From Candidatus Cloacimonadales bacterium (lineage in GTDB: Bacteria; Cloacimonadota; Cloacimonadia; Cloacimonadales; JAIOQZ01): 64,000 nucleotides of DNA. This document shows, piece after piece, positions 1-9,563 of the stretch. Positions within the stretch are counted from its first letter, which is position 1; every line of letters begins with the position of its first letter. A program made the translations under genes and the position numbers. The DNA lies in NCBI GenBank assembly GCA_963662655.2, contig CAXXTU010000002.1, positions 3,614,423 to 3,678,422 on the forward strand, given 5' to 3'. The notes under the pieces are model-generated. The model was given only the letters and a program-made list of their open reading frames with translations, did not search any database and was not told the DNA's origin.

Positions 1-197
1 TTTTGCGCAACGAGGTGGATTTTCCTTTCTTCCGAATCGAGCAGGAAGATGGTCGCGTACTGGTGGGGCATAACCTGATTGAGCATCTCGAATATTTTCT
101 CATAGATTTCTTCGCGTCGCTCAAACTCGAAATGCTGGACCAGTTCAACCAGATCCAGAAGGATGTCTCGATTCTCTTTCTTTACAACTTCAGTCAT
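1..197 (-). CDS. N-terminal part of a GAF-like domain protein (runs off the window edge; not in the ORF track)
   Basis: Manual minus-strand reading from ATG at 197 gives MTEVVKKENRDILLDLVELVQHFEFERREEIYEKIFEMLNQVMPHQYATIFLLDSEERKIHLVAQ, open to the edge. The helix-helix-strand pattern (..IFLLDSEE..L..VA) fits a GAF start, and the strand matches the upstream genes. Confidence 0.6.
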   Translation of the reverse strand, partial: MTEVVKKENRDILLDLVELVQHFEFERREEIYEKIFEMLNQVMPHQYATIFLLDSEERKIHLVAQ

Positions 198-345
198 GAT
201 ATCTCGTTATCCAATCGATGGATGTATTGCCAAATACGCAATAGTATGGAAAAATCAGCAAGAGGTATTTCTTCTTTTTTTTCTTTCGAAGCGATTTGAT
301 CCGGCTGTACAATATCCTCGGAATGCTGCATGATTTAACCACCGA

Positions 346-1365
346 TTACAGGTAAAAGCTCCCCGAATCCTCAAGATAACCGGGGATGCTGACCGATAGA
401 ATTTCCGTGCGAACGGATGTGATTCCGGGCAGCGATTGTTTGATAGCGCTAAGATGCTTTGTCAATTCTCCGGCAATAATGCTGTTCGTAAATCCCAGCG
501 AAATCGCTTTGGTATCATTAATAGAATACAAGCGAATCCGTATTCTGTCCAACATTTTTGAGCGATAATTCATTTGAAAGACGATGGAATGGTTTTCGCT
601 GTGGAGCGCCTTCTCGATGAGAACTGCCTCAAACACCTTCCCGCTTGGGAAATTCCAGAAATAGAGATGCTTGTCCTTCACTTTGAGTGCGCGGTTCAAG
701 CACACGAGGGCTTCTTGATACCCGGAAGTTTCCGGCGTCGTCTCTTGTTGATCTGGCATGGAGCCGATTTGCTTGAAAAGGTATATAAAATCTTCCGAGA
801 GCGTCTGCGGTTCGTCTGACGAGCGTGGTTTGCTTTCACTCGACCGAGTTTGCTTGAGGAGATTCAGGACGATTTGGATGTCCTGATCAGACATCTCGTT
901 GAATGCTTCGATCCAGTCGTCGAACTCGATCAAGTCATCTCCCTGCCGTAAAGCGGTGAGTTGAAGAAGGAAGGAGAGAAGCTTCGTCGGGTCTTTCTTC
1001 CGCTTGGGATCCTTCCTGTAGAGCCGATCGAGAACGTACTGATTGAAGATGTTGAGCGGTATTCCCCAGCGCGAAGCGGAATGGACCATGAATTCCATCG
1101 ATTCGCCGTCCTGGAGCGAGACGAGGCGGAGATTGATCTTGGGATGAAGGGCTTGCACCTGGATAAAGTGTCGCTTGTTTTCCAGATTCAGGTGAGACTC
1201 GGCAAGAACCTGCTGCCCTTTGATCTGAACGATGTAGCGTCCCTCGCCGAGACCTTCGACAATCTTTGCAGGGAAGATATCGCCCACGCGCATCATCGCC
1301 CGAAGCTTCGAAACGTTTGTCCTGGTGAGAGATGATGCTCGCGACGATGAGATGCGACGAATCAT
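346..1365 (-). CDS. Hypothetical protein, possibly FliK/YlqG-like (flagellar hook-length-control-like)
   Basis: 339-aa ORF. The N-terminus (GDIFPAKIVEGLGEGRYIVQIKGQQVLAES) is beta-rich. The C-terminus (FQMNYRSKMLDRIRIRL...ISLGF...LTKHLSAIKQSL) resembles the FliK C-terminal fold pattern. Pattern recognition only. Confidence 0.45.
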   Translation of the reverse strand: MIRRISSSRASSLTRTNVSKLRAMMRVGDIFPAKIVEGLGEGRYIVQIKGQQVLAESHLNLENKRHFIQVQALHPKINLRLVSLQDGESMEFMVHSASRWGIPLNIFNQYVLDRLYRKDPKRKKDPTKLLSFLLQLTALRQGDDLIEFDDWIEAFNEMSDQDIQIVLNLLKQTRSSESKPRSSDEPQTLSEDFIYLFKQIGSMPDQQETTPETSGYQEALVCLNRALKVKDKHLYFWNFPSGKVFEAVLIEKALHSENHSIVFQMNYRSKMLDRIRIRLYSINDTKAISLGFTNSIIAGELTKHLSAIKQSLPGITSVRTEILSVSIPGYLEDSGSFYL

Positions 1366-1383
1366 GCTACCGGATGCTCGTGA

Positions 1384-3099
1384 TTATTCGGTGCCCATTT
1401 TCTGGACGAATTCAACTTCTCGGACCGATATCTTCAATTCCTTGGCGATTGCCTCGGCGTCCCAACCGTTTTTAGAAAGCTTGCGAATCATTTTCTGCAT
1501 GTATTCTTCATCGCCTATACGGGGTTCGGAGCTATCGGTGTAGAGGGAGGCGTCTGACTGGAATTCGTCGTCGAGGAGCGATTCCTCTTCGTCGGGCGTG
1601 AGGGCCGTTTCTTCTTCCAGAACATTTCGCGGGGATGGCGACACGTAGTCGTGCACCTTCTTGTCGTCACCGAAGTAGAGGCGTGCTTCCGACCCGAAGG
1701 TATCGTCCTCTTCTTCATTCGGTTCCTCATCTTCTTGCTCGAAATCGGGCTCCGGCTCCTGTTCCTGTCCGATATCGTCCATGTCCGCTTCCGAATCATC
1801 GTCTGTGATGGGTTCTGGAGATTCATCGTTCATGGTGAAGTCCGGATCGGAGTTGTCCGCAGCCTCATCCTGCTCCATTTCTTTCTTGATCAGGTCTTCG
1901 TGGTAGGAGAAGTCGGCCTGGGTGAAATCATCTTCCTTTGAGCTCGTACGGTTTCGGTAGTAAATCATGAGAAGGAAGAATACGACAACGCCGAAAAGCA
2001 GCATCAGGAGCAGCGCCATCCAGAGTTTCAGTTCGATCTGCATGAATCCGGCGGTCGAGGTGGAATCGGGTGTGTTGCCCGATTCACTTGCAAGCCCGGC
2101 GAAAAGCTTGGCGTTCTCCTGGTCGCCGGTAGCGGCGTAGAGTTCGGCGAGCGCTTTGTATTTTTCGTAGCTGTTCGGCGATTTGGCCGGAATTTTTGTT
2201 AGCAGTGCGATTGCGGTCTTGTAATCCTCCGGATTTTTAGTCACACGCTCAGCGAGGTATTTGTATGCGAGGCCGGCCATCATGAGGCGATGGGGATCGT
2301 TCTGCGAGCGGTCGACAGCCTGGACGAGAAGAGAATCGATATTGAGATTGATATCGAGCTTGGGCGCTAAAACCGGCGGCTTTTCCTGTCTTGACTGCTT
2401 GCTTTCCTGCGCCGGTTCATTCTTCGGTTTCGCTGCGGTATTTTGATTCGGCTTCTGTGTTTTATTGCCGCCAAGCTCCGCGATTTCCTTTTGTGCGAGG
2501 GAGTATTCGGAAGCGGTGTCTTTAACCATCTGGAAATGCTGGATGGCATCGTTTGTTTTTTTGCGCGATTTTAGGATCATTCCCCAGTAGTAGTGGATGC
2601 CCGTCATTGTGGGGGCTTGTTTTTCGATGACCTCGTATTGTTCGATTGCCTTTTTGTAGAATCCGGTTTTATAGTAGAAACGGGCGAAGCTGAGCCGTTC
2701 ATGGACCTGTCTTGCTTCTTCAACGTTGTAGATGTCCAGGACGATTTTATAGTCGTTTGCCGGAAGGTAGGAGTCCTTGATCAGCGCGTATCCATCCGTA
2801 GCGATATCGATTGTGAGACCATTACCCTTCATGTTGACCTGTATGCGATCGATGACCCGGCTGTCCTGGGTCTGCTGGGTCATTTGCAGGCGTGATCCCG
2901 TGGAGCAATCGGCCAGATGGACGATCACCTGTTTGCCATCGGATTTCCTTTCGATCCGGTAAGTCGGCTTTCGATCGAACTTGAGAACGGTTCGGCAGAT
3001 TTCACCGTAGTCGCCGAAATAAATATCTTCCAGTACTGCCTGTGCCGACAGCGAGATTGCAAGTAGAAACAGTATTGAAATCAAGTAGATCCTCTTCAT
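1384..3099 (-). CDS. Membrane-anchored TPR protein with N-terminal AMIN-like domain, acidic cytoplasmic linker and C-terminal HTH (DUF6115-like)
   Basis: Signal peptide MKRIYLISILFLLAISLSA; AMIN-like RTVLKFD...KIVLDIY; TPR helices; TM segment LWMALLLMLLFGVVVFFLLMIYY; D/E-rich stretch; terminal GWDAEAIAKELKISVREVEFV. Confidence 0.7.
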   Translation of the reverse strand: MKRIYLISILFLLAISLSAQAVLEDIYFGDYGEICRTVLKFDRKPTYRIERKSDGKQVIVHLADCSTGSRLQMTQQTQDSRVIDRIQVNMKGNGLTIDIATDGYALIKDSYLPANDYKIVLDIYNVEEARQVHERLSFARFYYKTGFYKKAIEQYEVIEKQAPTMTGIHYYWGMILKSRKKTNDAIQHFQMVKDTASEYSLAQKEIAELGGNKTQKPNQNTAAKPKNEPAQESKQSRQEKPPVLAPKLDINLNIDSLLVQAVDRSQNDPHRLMMAGLAYKYLAERVTKNPEDYKTAIALLTKIPAKSPNSYEKYKALAELYAATGDQENAKLFAGLASESGNTPDSTSTAGFMQIELKLWMALLLMLLFGVVVFFLLMIYYRNRTSSKEDDFTQADFSYHEDLIKKEMEQDEAADNSDPDFTMNDESPEPITDDDSEADMDDIGQEQEPEPDFEQEDEEPNEEEDDTFGSEARLYFGDDKKVHDYVSPSPRNVLEEETALTPDEEESLLDDEFQSDASLYTDSSEPRIGDEEYMQKMIRKLSKNGWDAEAIAKELKISVREVEFVQKMGTE

Positions 3100-3256
3100 A
3101 TTGGTCCTCACATACGGATGAGTTTTTCATGTAAAACATAGTAACATGGCAATTTCCCATACGGTAGTCAATTACCATTATCGTTACCATTTTTGTACAA
3201 ACTGGAAACTATATTCTTACTTCTTTTCTGTCAAGTATTTATCGCCATGTCATGCA

Positions 3257-3323
3257 AAAAGGGGATTTTGTGCGCGAAGCGCACGCGCCGCCCCGCCGGG
3301 CTGGATTGGCGAGCAATCTCGGG
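3257..3323 (+). repeat. Partial relative of the structured element at 49523-49707
   Basis: AAAAGGGG..GTGCGC-GAA-GCGCAC-GCGCCGCC..GCTGGATTGGCG aligns with AAAGGGGG..GTGTGC-GATA-GCACAC-ACGCCGCC..GCTGGACTGGCG at about 49669-49717. Confidence 0.55.
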
Positions 3324-3441
3324 TCGTGCAGGAGTTTACAACAGGGGAAGTAGAGCATTCTATTAGCATCTGCGAAAAAAAGATTTACAGGATTATCGAG
3401 AATCGGTTAGCTAGCCATAGTAATAAACAACGGAGGTAAAC

Positions 3442-3777
3442 ATGGAATTTACGATGGAGAACATTGGAGGCATCACGGTATTCAAGCTGGAGAAGAAGCT
3501 CGATTCGTTGTCTGCGCCCAAGGTGGAGAAAGAGCTGCTGCCGGCAATCAAAGAAACGGGCAAGTACCTCCTGAACATGTCCGGGATGACCCACATCAGC
3601 AGCGCAGGTTTACGGGTATTGCTGATGGCGGCGAAGAAGGTGAAATCTACCAGCAGTCTGATGATTCTGTGTGAAGTTCCGGAGACGATCCAGGAAGTTT
3701 TCGACATCGCCGGATTCACGGCTCTGTTTGTGATCAAGGACACACAGCAGGAAGCGTTGGCGGAGTTGCAATCGTAA
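3442..3777 (+). CDS. STAS-domain anti-sigma factor antagonist
   Basis: 111 aa; LNMSGMTHISSAGLRVLL phosphorylation motif; IQEVFDIAGF; SD GGAGG. Confidence 0.92.
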   Translation: MEFTMENIGGITVFKLEKKLDSLSAPKVEKELLPAIKETGKYLLNMSGMTHISSAGLRVLLMAAKKVKSTSSLMILCEVPETIQEVFDIAGFTALFVIKDTQQEALAELQS

Positions 3778-3831
3778 AGCGAAGCGCAAGCGGCAATGAT
3801 GCAGATGAATTAAAAAAAAGTGAGGGATGAA

Positions 3832-4623
3832 ATGAAATCCAAAACAATAGATTTCTACGTGTTTAGCGGAACCGGCAACACGCTGTTGGTGGCGAAGGAA
3901 ATGACTCAATATTTCACGGACAATGGTTTTACCGTGAAACTGATACATCTCGAAAAAGCCGATCCTGGGGCGATCAACTTCGGGAACACGATTGGCATCG
4001 CCTTCCCGGTAGCAGTACAGGGAACCTACCCGTTTGTGTGGGATTTCATCGAGAAACTGCCTGAAGCTTCCGGCACGGAGGTTTTCATGGTGGATACGAT
4101 GGGTGGATTCTCCGGTGGCGTGGTTGGTCCTGTGAAGAAGTTGCTGAAATCCAAAGGTTATACGCCATTGGCAGCCAGAGAGATCTTAATGCCGTCCAAT
4201 TTCTTTACCAAACACTCGGAAGCAAAGCAGAAGGAAACGATTCGTAAAGGACTCAAGAGCGCCAGAATCTTCGCGCACGATCTGCACTTCGATATCGCGT
4301 CCTGGCCTATGACAAAGCCATACGAAGCGATACTGAACAAGGTGAATCGCTCCGAAAAGCCGTGGAAATTCATGCGGAAGAAAGTGCCGTTGAAAGTCGA
4401 GACGAGCAAGTGCATCCAGTGCGGAATATGCTATCGTCTTTGTCCCGCGGACAACATTCGCATGTACGAGTTTCCTGAATTCCAGGATCAATGCGTGCTT
4501 TGTATGCGCTGCTACAACTACTGCCCGTCCGACGCGATCCAGACGCCTTCCAACATGCGGAAATACAAGGCGGTAGCCGTTTCCGATCTCCTGAACAACA
4601 ACAAAAAGGAACAAGAAGAGTAA
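3832..4623 (+). CDS. EFR1-family flavodoxin/2x[4Fe-4S] ferredoxin protein
   Basis: FSGTGNT flavodoxin loop; CIQCGICYRLCP and CVLCMRCYNYCP ferredoxin motifs. Confidence 0.9.
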   Translation: MKSKTIDFYVFSGTGNTLLVAKEMTQYFTDNGFTVKLIHLEKADPGAINFGNTIGIAFPVAVQGTYPFVWDFIEKLPEASGTEVFMVDTMGGFSGGVVGPVKKLLKSKGYTPLAAREILMPSNFFTKHSEAKQKETIRKGLKSARIFAHDLHFDIASWPMTKPYEAILNKVNRSEKPWKFMRKKVPLKVETSKCIQCGICYRLCPADNIRMYEFPEFQDQCVLCMRCYNYCPSDAIQTPSNMRKYKAVAVSDLLNNNKKEQEE

Positions 4624-4628
4624 TACAG

Positions 4629-7600
4629 ATGAAATATCCGGGTTTTCACGTCTCGCGCGAGGCGAGACTTCGCTACCATTTCGAATCGGACCTCTTCTCC
4701 CCGCAGGGAAAAGCCGTATTCGGCCAATTGCAGGCGGTTCGCAAAGTTGTTCGACTCATCAACCGGAAGAAAAACGTCGTCGCTTTCCCGGAAGAAGCCG
4801 TTAAAACGGGCCAGCTCAACGGGATGGCCTTGATCGATGAGATCATCGACTACATGCTTCGCCGGTACATCGAGCAGAACGGGATCAAGACGATCGAATA
4901 CGTCGTTGCCGACCTGAGTCGAACGTTCGATGGGGATTTCGTTGATGAAATGCTGGAGCAATACCTTGCCGAGTTCCCGCCGCAGCCGGTTTTTGACGGA
5001 GAAATCAAGACTGACGCCTGGCTGGAACAATTGACGGATGGATTGAGCAACAAGCTCCTTACCATCAAGGAAATCTGCCGTCTCTGGCTTACGGACTCGA
5101 ATCAGGCGTTCGACAAATTCAGGGATATATTCGAGCACCGCAACCTCAAGCGTAAGGTCGCGATCGAGAAAATCTACAGCAAGATGATCGATTCTTTCGA
5201 GATGCTGCCGCCATTCGGTCCCGATCACATGAATCTGATGAAAATGCTCCATGAGCCGGCTGAGAAGTTCCCGCACTCCATCGAGAAACAGCTCGAATAC
5301 ATACGGAATAAATGGGGCGAATTGCTTGGAGAGTATTATTTCCTCCTTCTGCGAGGATTGGACTTCATCAAAGAAGAAGACAAGGTTCGGATGCACGGAC
5401 CGGGCGAGAGCGTGGTTTACCGCTTCGCCAGAGGCGAATACACGGAAGAACCCGAACGTTTCTCTCCCGATAAGGATTGGATGCCGCGACTCGTTCTCCT
5501 CGCTAAAACGGTTTACGTGTGGCTCCACCAGCTATCGCGACAGTACAAGCGCGATATCAAACGACTCGACGAGATTCCCGACGAGGAGCTGAATCGGCTG
5601 GCGAGATGGGGATTCACCGGTCTCTGGCTTATCGGCATTTGGAAGCGCAGTCACGCCTCCCGTAAGCTGAAACACTTGCTGGGCAAGGAAGACGCAATCG
5701 CTTCCGCTTACTCCCTTTACGACTACGTTGTAGCGGACGATCTCGGTGGACAGGAAGCGCTGAACAACCTTCGTGAAAGAGCCATGCAGCGAGGAATTCG
5801 CCTTGGGAGCGACATGGTTCCCAATCACATGGGTATCGATTCCAAGTGGGTGATGGAACGCCCCGACTGGTTTGTCCAGCTCGATTACCCGCCCTTCCCG
5901 TCCTATACCTTCAATAGCGAAAACCTGAGCGAGGTCCCCGGTGTGGTCATCCAGGTGGAAGATCATTATTACAGCCGGACGGATGCCTCCGTGGTTTTCA
6001 AATATTCGGACAGCAACGGATCAAGATTCATCTATCACGGCAACGACGGTACGAACATGCCGTGGAACGACACCGCGCAGCTCAACTACCTTCTTCCGGA
6101 AGTCCGGCAGGCGGTTATCGCCAAGATTATCGATATCGCGAAACAGTTTCCCATAATCCGTTTCGACGCGGCCATGACACTGGCCAAGAAACACTACCAG
6201 CGGCTCTGGTTCCCGCAGCCCGGATCGGGCGGGGATATCCCCTCACGCGCGGAATTCGGGATGACGAAGGAAGCGTTCGACGAAGCGATTCCGGAGGAGT
6301 TCTGGCGAGAGGTTGTCGATCGTGCGGCTGTCGAAGCGCCTGACACCTTGTTGCTTGCGGAAGCGTTCTGGTTGATGGAAGGTTATTTCGTGCGCACGCT
6401 GGGCATGCACCGCGTATACAACAGCGCGTTCATGAACATGCTCAAGAACGAGGAGAACGCCAAGTATCGCGAAACCATCCGCAACGTGCTGGAATACAAT
6501 CCCGAGATCCTCAAGCGATTTGTGAACTTCATGAATAACCCGGACGAGGAAACCGCCATCGCACAGTTCGGTATGGATGACAAATATTTCGGCGTGTGCG
6601 TGGTGATGGTTACCATGCCGGGTCTTCCCATGATTGGCCACGGGCAGGTGGAGGGTTACCACGAACGGTACGGCATGGAGTATTACCGGCCCATGTGGGA
6701 GGAGCAGCCCAACGAGCAATTGATCTACCGCCACGAGCGTGAGATTTTCCCGCTCATGCGGAAAAGGTATCTCTTCTCCGGCGTGGACAACTTTGTTCTC
6801 TACGATTTCCGCGACGGTTACGGCAACACAAACGAGAACGTCTTTGCGTACTCGAACCGTTGCGGCGATGAAAAAGCGCTGGTGGTTTACAACAACAAGT
6901 TTGAAGAAGCTCGCGGCAAGATTCAGCATCCCGCACTCGATACGGATAACCAGCGTGGAGCGCTTGGCGAAAAACTCGGGCTGTCTCGCGAGAGCCGTCG
7001 GTTTTTGATTTTCCGCGATTCCGTAACGGGCTTCCAGTACATTCGTAACAGCCTCGACCTGGTCGAGAACGGTCTATATATCGAACTGGGGGCGTTCAAG
7101 TATAAGGTGTTCGTCGATTTCTACGAGGTGGAAGACGACTTCTCGCACCGCTACGCCAACCTGAATCAGTACCTGGCCGGAAGAGGCGTTCCCGATATCA
7201 ATCAAGCGCTCAAGGAGACTTTCCTGCGACCGCTGCTCGAGCGTTTCGCAGAAGTATTCAACGCGCGGATGCTGATGGACATGGCAGAGAGCGAAGGGAA
7301 GCCGGAAACAGAGATGTCGGAGTATGTGGCGCAAAAAATCAAGCCGCTGCTCGAACGCATGACGGAACTTACGCATGCGGATGGCGACATCGACGACATC
7401 TGTTGTAAGATCGAGCGTGAAGTTAACCTTGTGTTGCATAAGGGACTTCTTGCAGAACGCCTGGTGGACATGGACGACATCGCTCCGGCAGTGATGGGAT
7501 TGTTCAAGACGCAGAAGGGCTTCCTGACCATCGCGGGATGGACTCTCGTTCACCGGATAGGGGAGATCGAGAGGGCTTTCGGTGCGCCGCTTCGTAGCCG

Positions 7601-8084
7601 CGCCTTCCTGGAAGAGTGGCTGCTTGATCGCAAGATGTACGACGTCTACCGCGCGCTGGGATTCTCGCATGAAGACGCCACGCTGACCGTCGAGATCATC
7701 CGCATCCTGACCGAGTTCCAGAACTGGTGGCGCGAAAATGGGCGATCGATCTCGGAGACCTTGAACGACTTGCTGGAAAGCGAGGACATCCGCTCCTGGA
7801 TACAGGTCAACCGCTACCGCGATATCCTGTGGTACAACAAGGAGATGTTCGAGGACCTCATGGGGTGGCTATTCACCGTGGGTATCCTGGGAGCCATGAG
7901 CGAAGCGGAAGAGGAAATCGAGATCACTCGTATCCTCCAGTCGCAGCACACGACCATCGCCAGATTGCTGCGTGCGAGCCGCGCTTCCGAGTACCAGCTT
8001 GAGAAGCTACGCCGGCAATTTTCGGCACAGAAGAAGATCGTGTCCGGGGCAAAATCGCCTCATGACAAGGACATAGAAGAATAA
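4629..8084 (+). CDS. Large alpha-amylase-family (GH13) glycoside hydrolase
   Basis: GH13 regions DMVPNH, IIRFDAAM, LLLAEAFW and FMNNPDE. Start moved to the ATG at 4629, just after the upstream stop. Confidence 0.9.
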   Translation: MKYPGFHVSREARLRYHFESDLFSPQGKAVFGQLQAVRKVVRLINRKKNVVAFPEEAVKTGQLNGMALIDEIIDYMLRRYIEQNGIKTIEYVVADLSRTFDGDFVDEMLEQYLAEFPPQPVFDGEIKTDAWLEQLTDGLSNKLLTIKEICRLWLTDSNQAFDKFRDIFEHRNLKRKVAIEKIYSKMIDSFEMLPPFGPDHMNLMKMLHEPAEKFPHSIEKQLEYIRNKWGELLGEYYFLLLRGLDFIKEEDKVRMHGPGESVVYRFARGEYTEEPERFSPDKDWMPRLVLLAKTVYVWLHQLSRQYKRDIKRLDEIPDEELNRLARWGFTGLWLIGIWKRSHASRKLKHLLGKEDAIASAYSLYDYVVADDLGGQEALNNLRERAMQRGIRLGSDMVPNHMGIDSKWVMERPDWFVQLDYPPFPSYTFNSENLSEVPGVVIQVEDHYYSRTDASVVFKYSDSNGSRFIYHGNDGTNMPWNDTAQLNYLLPEVRQAVIAKIIDIAKQFPIIRFDAAMTLAKKHYQRLWFPQPGSGGDIPSRAEFGMTKEAFDEAIPEEFWREVVDRAAVEAPDTLLLAEAFWLMEGYFVRTLGMHRVYNSAFMNMLKNEENAKYRETIRNVLEYNPEILKRFVNFMNNPDEETAIAQFGMDDKYFGVCVVMVTMPGLPMIGHGQVEGYHERYGMEYYRPMWEEQPNEQLIYRHEREIFPLMRKRYLFSGVDNFVLYDFRDGYGNTNENVFAYSNRCGDEKALVVYNNKFEEARGKIQHPALDTDNQRGALGEKLGLSRESRRFLIFRDSVTGFQYIRNSLDLVENGLYIELGAFKYKVFVDFYEVEDDFSHRYANLNQYLAGRGVPDINQALKETFLRPLLERFAEVFNARMLMDMAESEGKPETEMSEYVAQKIKPLLERMTELTHADGDIDDICCKIEREVNLVLHKGLLAERLVDMDDIAPAVMGLFKTQKGFLTIAGWTLVHRIGEIERAFGAPLRSRAFLEEWLLDRKMYDVYRALGFSHEDATLTVEIIRILTEFQNWWRENGRSISETLNDLLESEDIRSWIQVNRYRDILWYNKEMFEDLMGWLFTVGILGAMSEAEEEIEITRILQSQHTTIARLLRASRASEYQLEKLRRQFSAQKKIVSGAKSPHDKDIEE

Positions 8085-8119
8085 TTGTGGCATAGTGAAA
8101 AAAAAGCGCTAGTTTGTTC

Positions 8120-8149
8120 TTGACAGAAAAATAGCAATGCCGTTTTTAT
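8120..8149 (+). promoter_or_regulatory. Probable sigma70-type promoter of tRNA-Arg
   Basis: TTGACA-N18-TTTTAT, ending 22 nt before the tRNA. Confidence 0.55.
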
Positions 8150-8171
8150 GCGACACTCAAATGTTGATTGT

Positions 8172-8248
8172 GCGCCTGTAGCTCAATTGGATAGAGCATC
8201 TGACTACGGATCAGAAGGTTTGGGATTCGAATTCCTACAGGCGCGCCA
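8172..8248 (+). tRNA. tRNA-Arg(ACG)
   Basis: GCGCCTG acceptor stem paired with CAGGCGC, followed by GCCA; D-arm GCTC-AATTGGATA-GAGC; anticodon arm TCTGA-CTACGGA-TCAGA; T-arm TGGGA-TTCGAAT-TCCTA; 77 nt. Confidence 0.98.
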
Positions 8249-8345
8249 TTTTTTTTGCCCGAAATCAGTCAACTCCAATCCCACTCGATCCCGTTCGTAA
8301 ATCATCTTGGGTCATGAATCATTGCCTTAAGTGGCTTGAAAAGGG

Positions 8346-8373
8346 AAACGCCAGCGAATGATGGCTGGCGTTT
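8346..8373. terminator. Inverted repeat, probably a bidirectional terminator between the tRNA and the FGE operon
   Basis: AAACGCCAGC-N8-GCTGGCGTTT, a perfect 10-bp stem between convergent genes. Confidence 0.7.
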
Positions 8374-8393
8374 ATGTAATGATGAATGTATTG

Positions 8394-9554
8394 CTATTCC
8401 GCGTTCCGGACGATGCGGAAGCCGGTGCTGTTCCCACTGCTTGCTGGTGTGGTTCCGGCGCGAAAGGCAATCTGGCAGTAGAACGAGCTAAAACTGAAGT
8501 AGCCGCCACGGATTTCTCTGCGTGTACCCGTATCCGGTCCATGAGGATTGTCGGGCTCGGTGAGATTATCGAAGCTCGTTGACCAGTCCCAGCACCATTC
8601 AAGCACATTTCCGCTCTGGTCATACGTTCCAATACCGTTCGCCTGTTTCTCACCCACGGGATGCGCATGCCCACTGGAGTTCGAGCTATACCATGCGACA
8701 TCATCACAATCGTTGCTGCCTGCATACGTGTAGTCCGGTGTGTTGGTCGCACCGCGTGCGGAGTATTCCCACTCCGCTTCAGTGGGAAGGCGATAGCCGT
8801 CAGCGCTCCAGTTGCAGGTTACAGTGGCTCCGCTGATAGTGTAGCATGGCGTGTAGCCGTCTATCTGGCTAAGCCAGTTGCAGTACTCCACCGCGCCGAA
8901 CCAGGATACGTAGATCATTGGGCAGTTCGGAGACGTATTGTAGCTTCCACCCTGGAACACGTACTCGCCATTGATCCGATAGATTCCGCTATCGCCGTTG
9001 ATCTGGGTAACGCACTGATTGCCGTTGTATGCACCGGAGATATCCATGCTCACTTCGTTCATAAAAAGAAGGTATTCAGCGATTGTGAGCTCGAATGTGC
9101 CAATGTAGAACGCGTCCAGATTCACCGTGTGAATCGGAGTAGCCACGCCAGTACGCCCCATCTCAAAGCTACCGGCGGGGACATACACGAAGCCATCCGG
9201 TACCGGCGTTTGCCCGTCGTCGGCGGTGATCTTGAAGCGGAAGTCGTCGCCGCTCATATTGGGATGTTCCGCGAGAACGTCCCACACGATGTGCTTGCCG
9301 TTTCCGGAGTAGATTCCCGGACCAATATCACCGGTCACGAGATTACAGCTTAGATTCCAAGTCGCGCCGTTGTCGTCGGAAACGTTCATCACGATCGTCA
9401 TCTCGTCACCGTCGGCGTCGTAGAGGTTATAGTAGATATCCATCTTGCGGGAGCCGTCGTCACGTTGGGAAGCAGTTGTGTTCGACACCACCGGCGCTTC
9501 CGCGCTGAGCGCGATGCCGGTGAGTAAGGCGAGTATGAAGATAATCTTTCGCAT
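8394..9554 (-). CDS. Secreted FGE-sulfatase (SUMF1)/CLec-fold protein, paralogue 1
   Basis: Signal peptide; Ig-like N-terminal domain; motifs GSFEMG, YRLPTEAEWEYSARG, DQSGNVLEWCWDW, RGG...GFRIVR. Confidence 0.9.
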   Translation of the reverse strand: MRKIIFILALLTGIALSAEAPVVSNTTASQRDDGSRKMDIYYNLYDADGDEMTIVMNVSDDNGATWNLSCNLVTGDIGPGIYSGNGKHIVWDVLAEHPNMSGDDFRFKITADDGQTPVPDGFVYVPAGSFEMGRTGVATPIHTVNLDAFYIGTFELTIAEYLLFMNEVSMDISGAYNGNQCVTQINGDSGIYRINGEYVFQGGSYNTSPNCPMIYVSWFGAVEYCNWLSQIDGYTPCYTISGATVTCNWSADGYRLPTEAEWEYSARGATNTPDYTYAGSNDCDDVAWYSSNSSGHAHPVGEKQANGIGTYDQSGNVLEWCWDWSTSFDNLTEPDNPHGPDTGTRREIRGGYFSFSSFYCQIAFRAGTTPASSGNSTGFRIVRNAE

Positions 9555-9563
9555 GTTCTCCTC

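Noticed and set aside
3..299. 98-aa + strand ORF
   Set aside because: It is the shadow of a more protein-like minus-strand ORF (1-197) that matches the neighbours' orientation.
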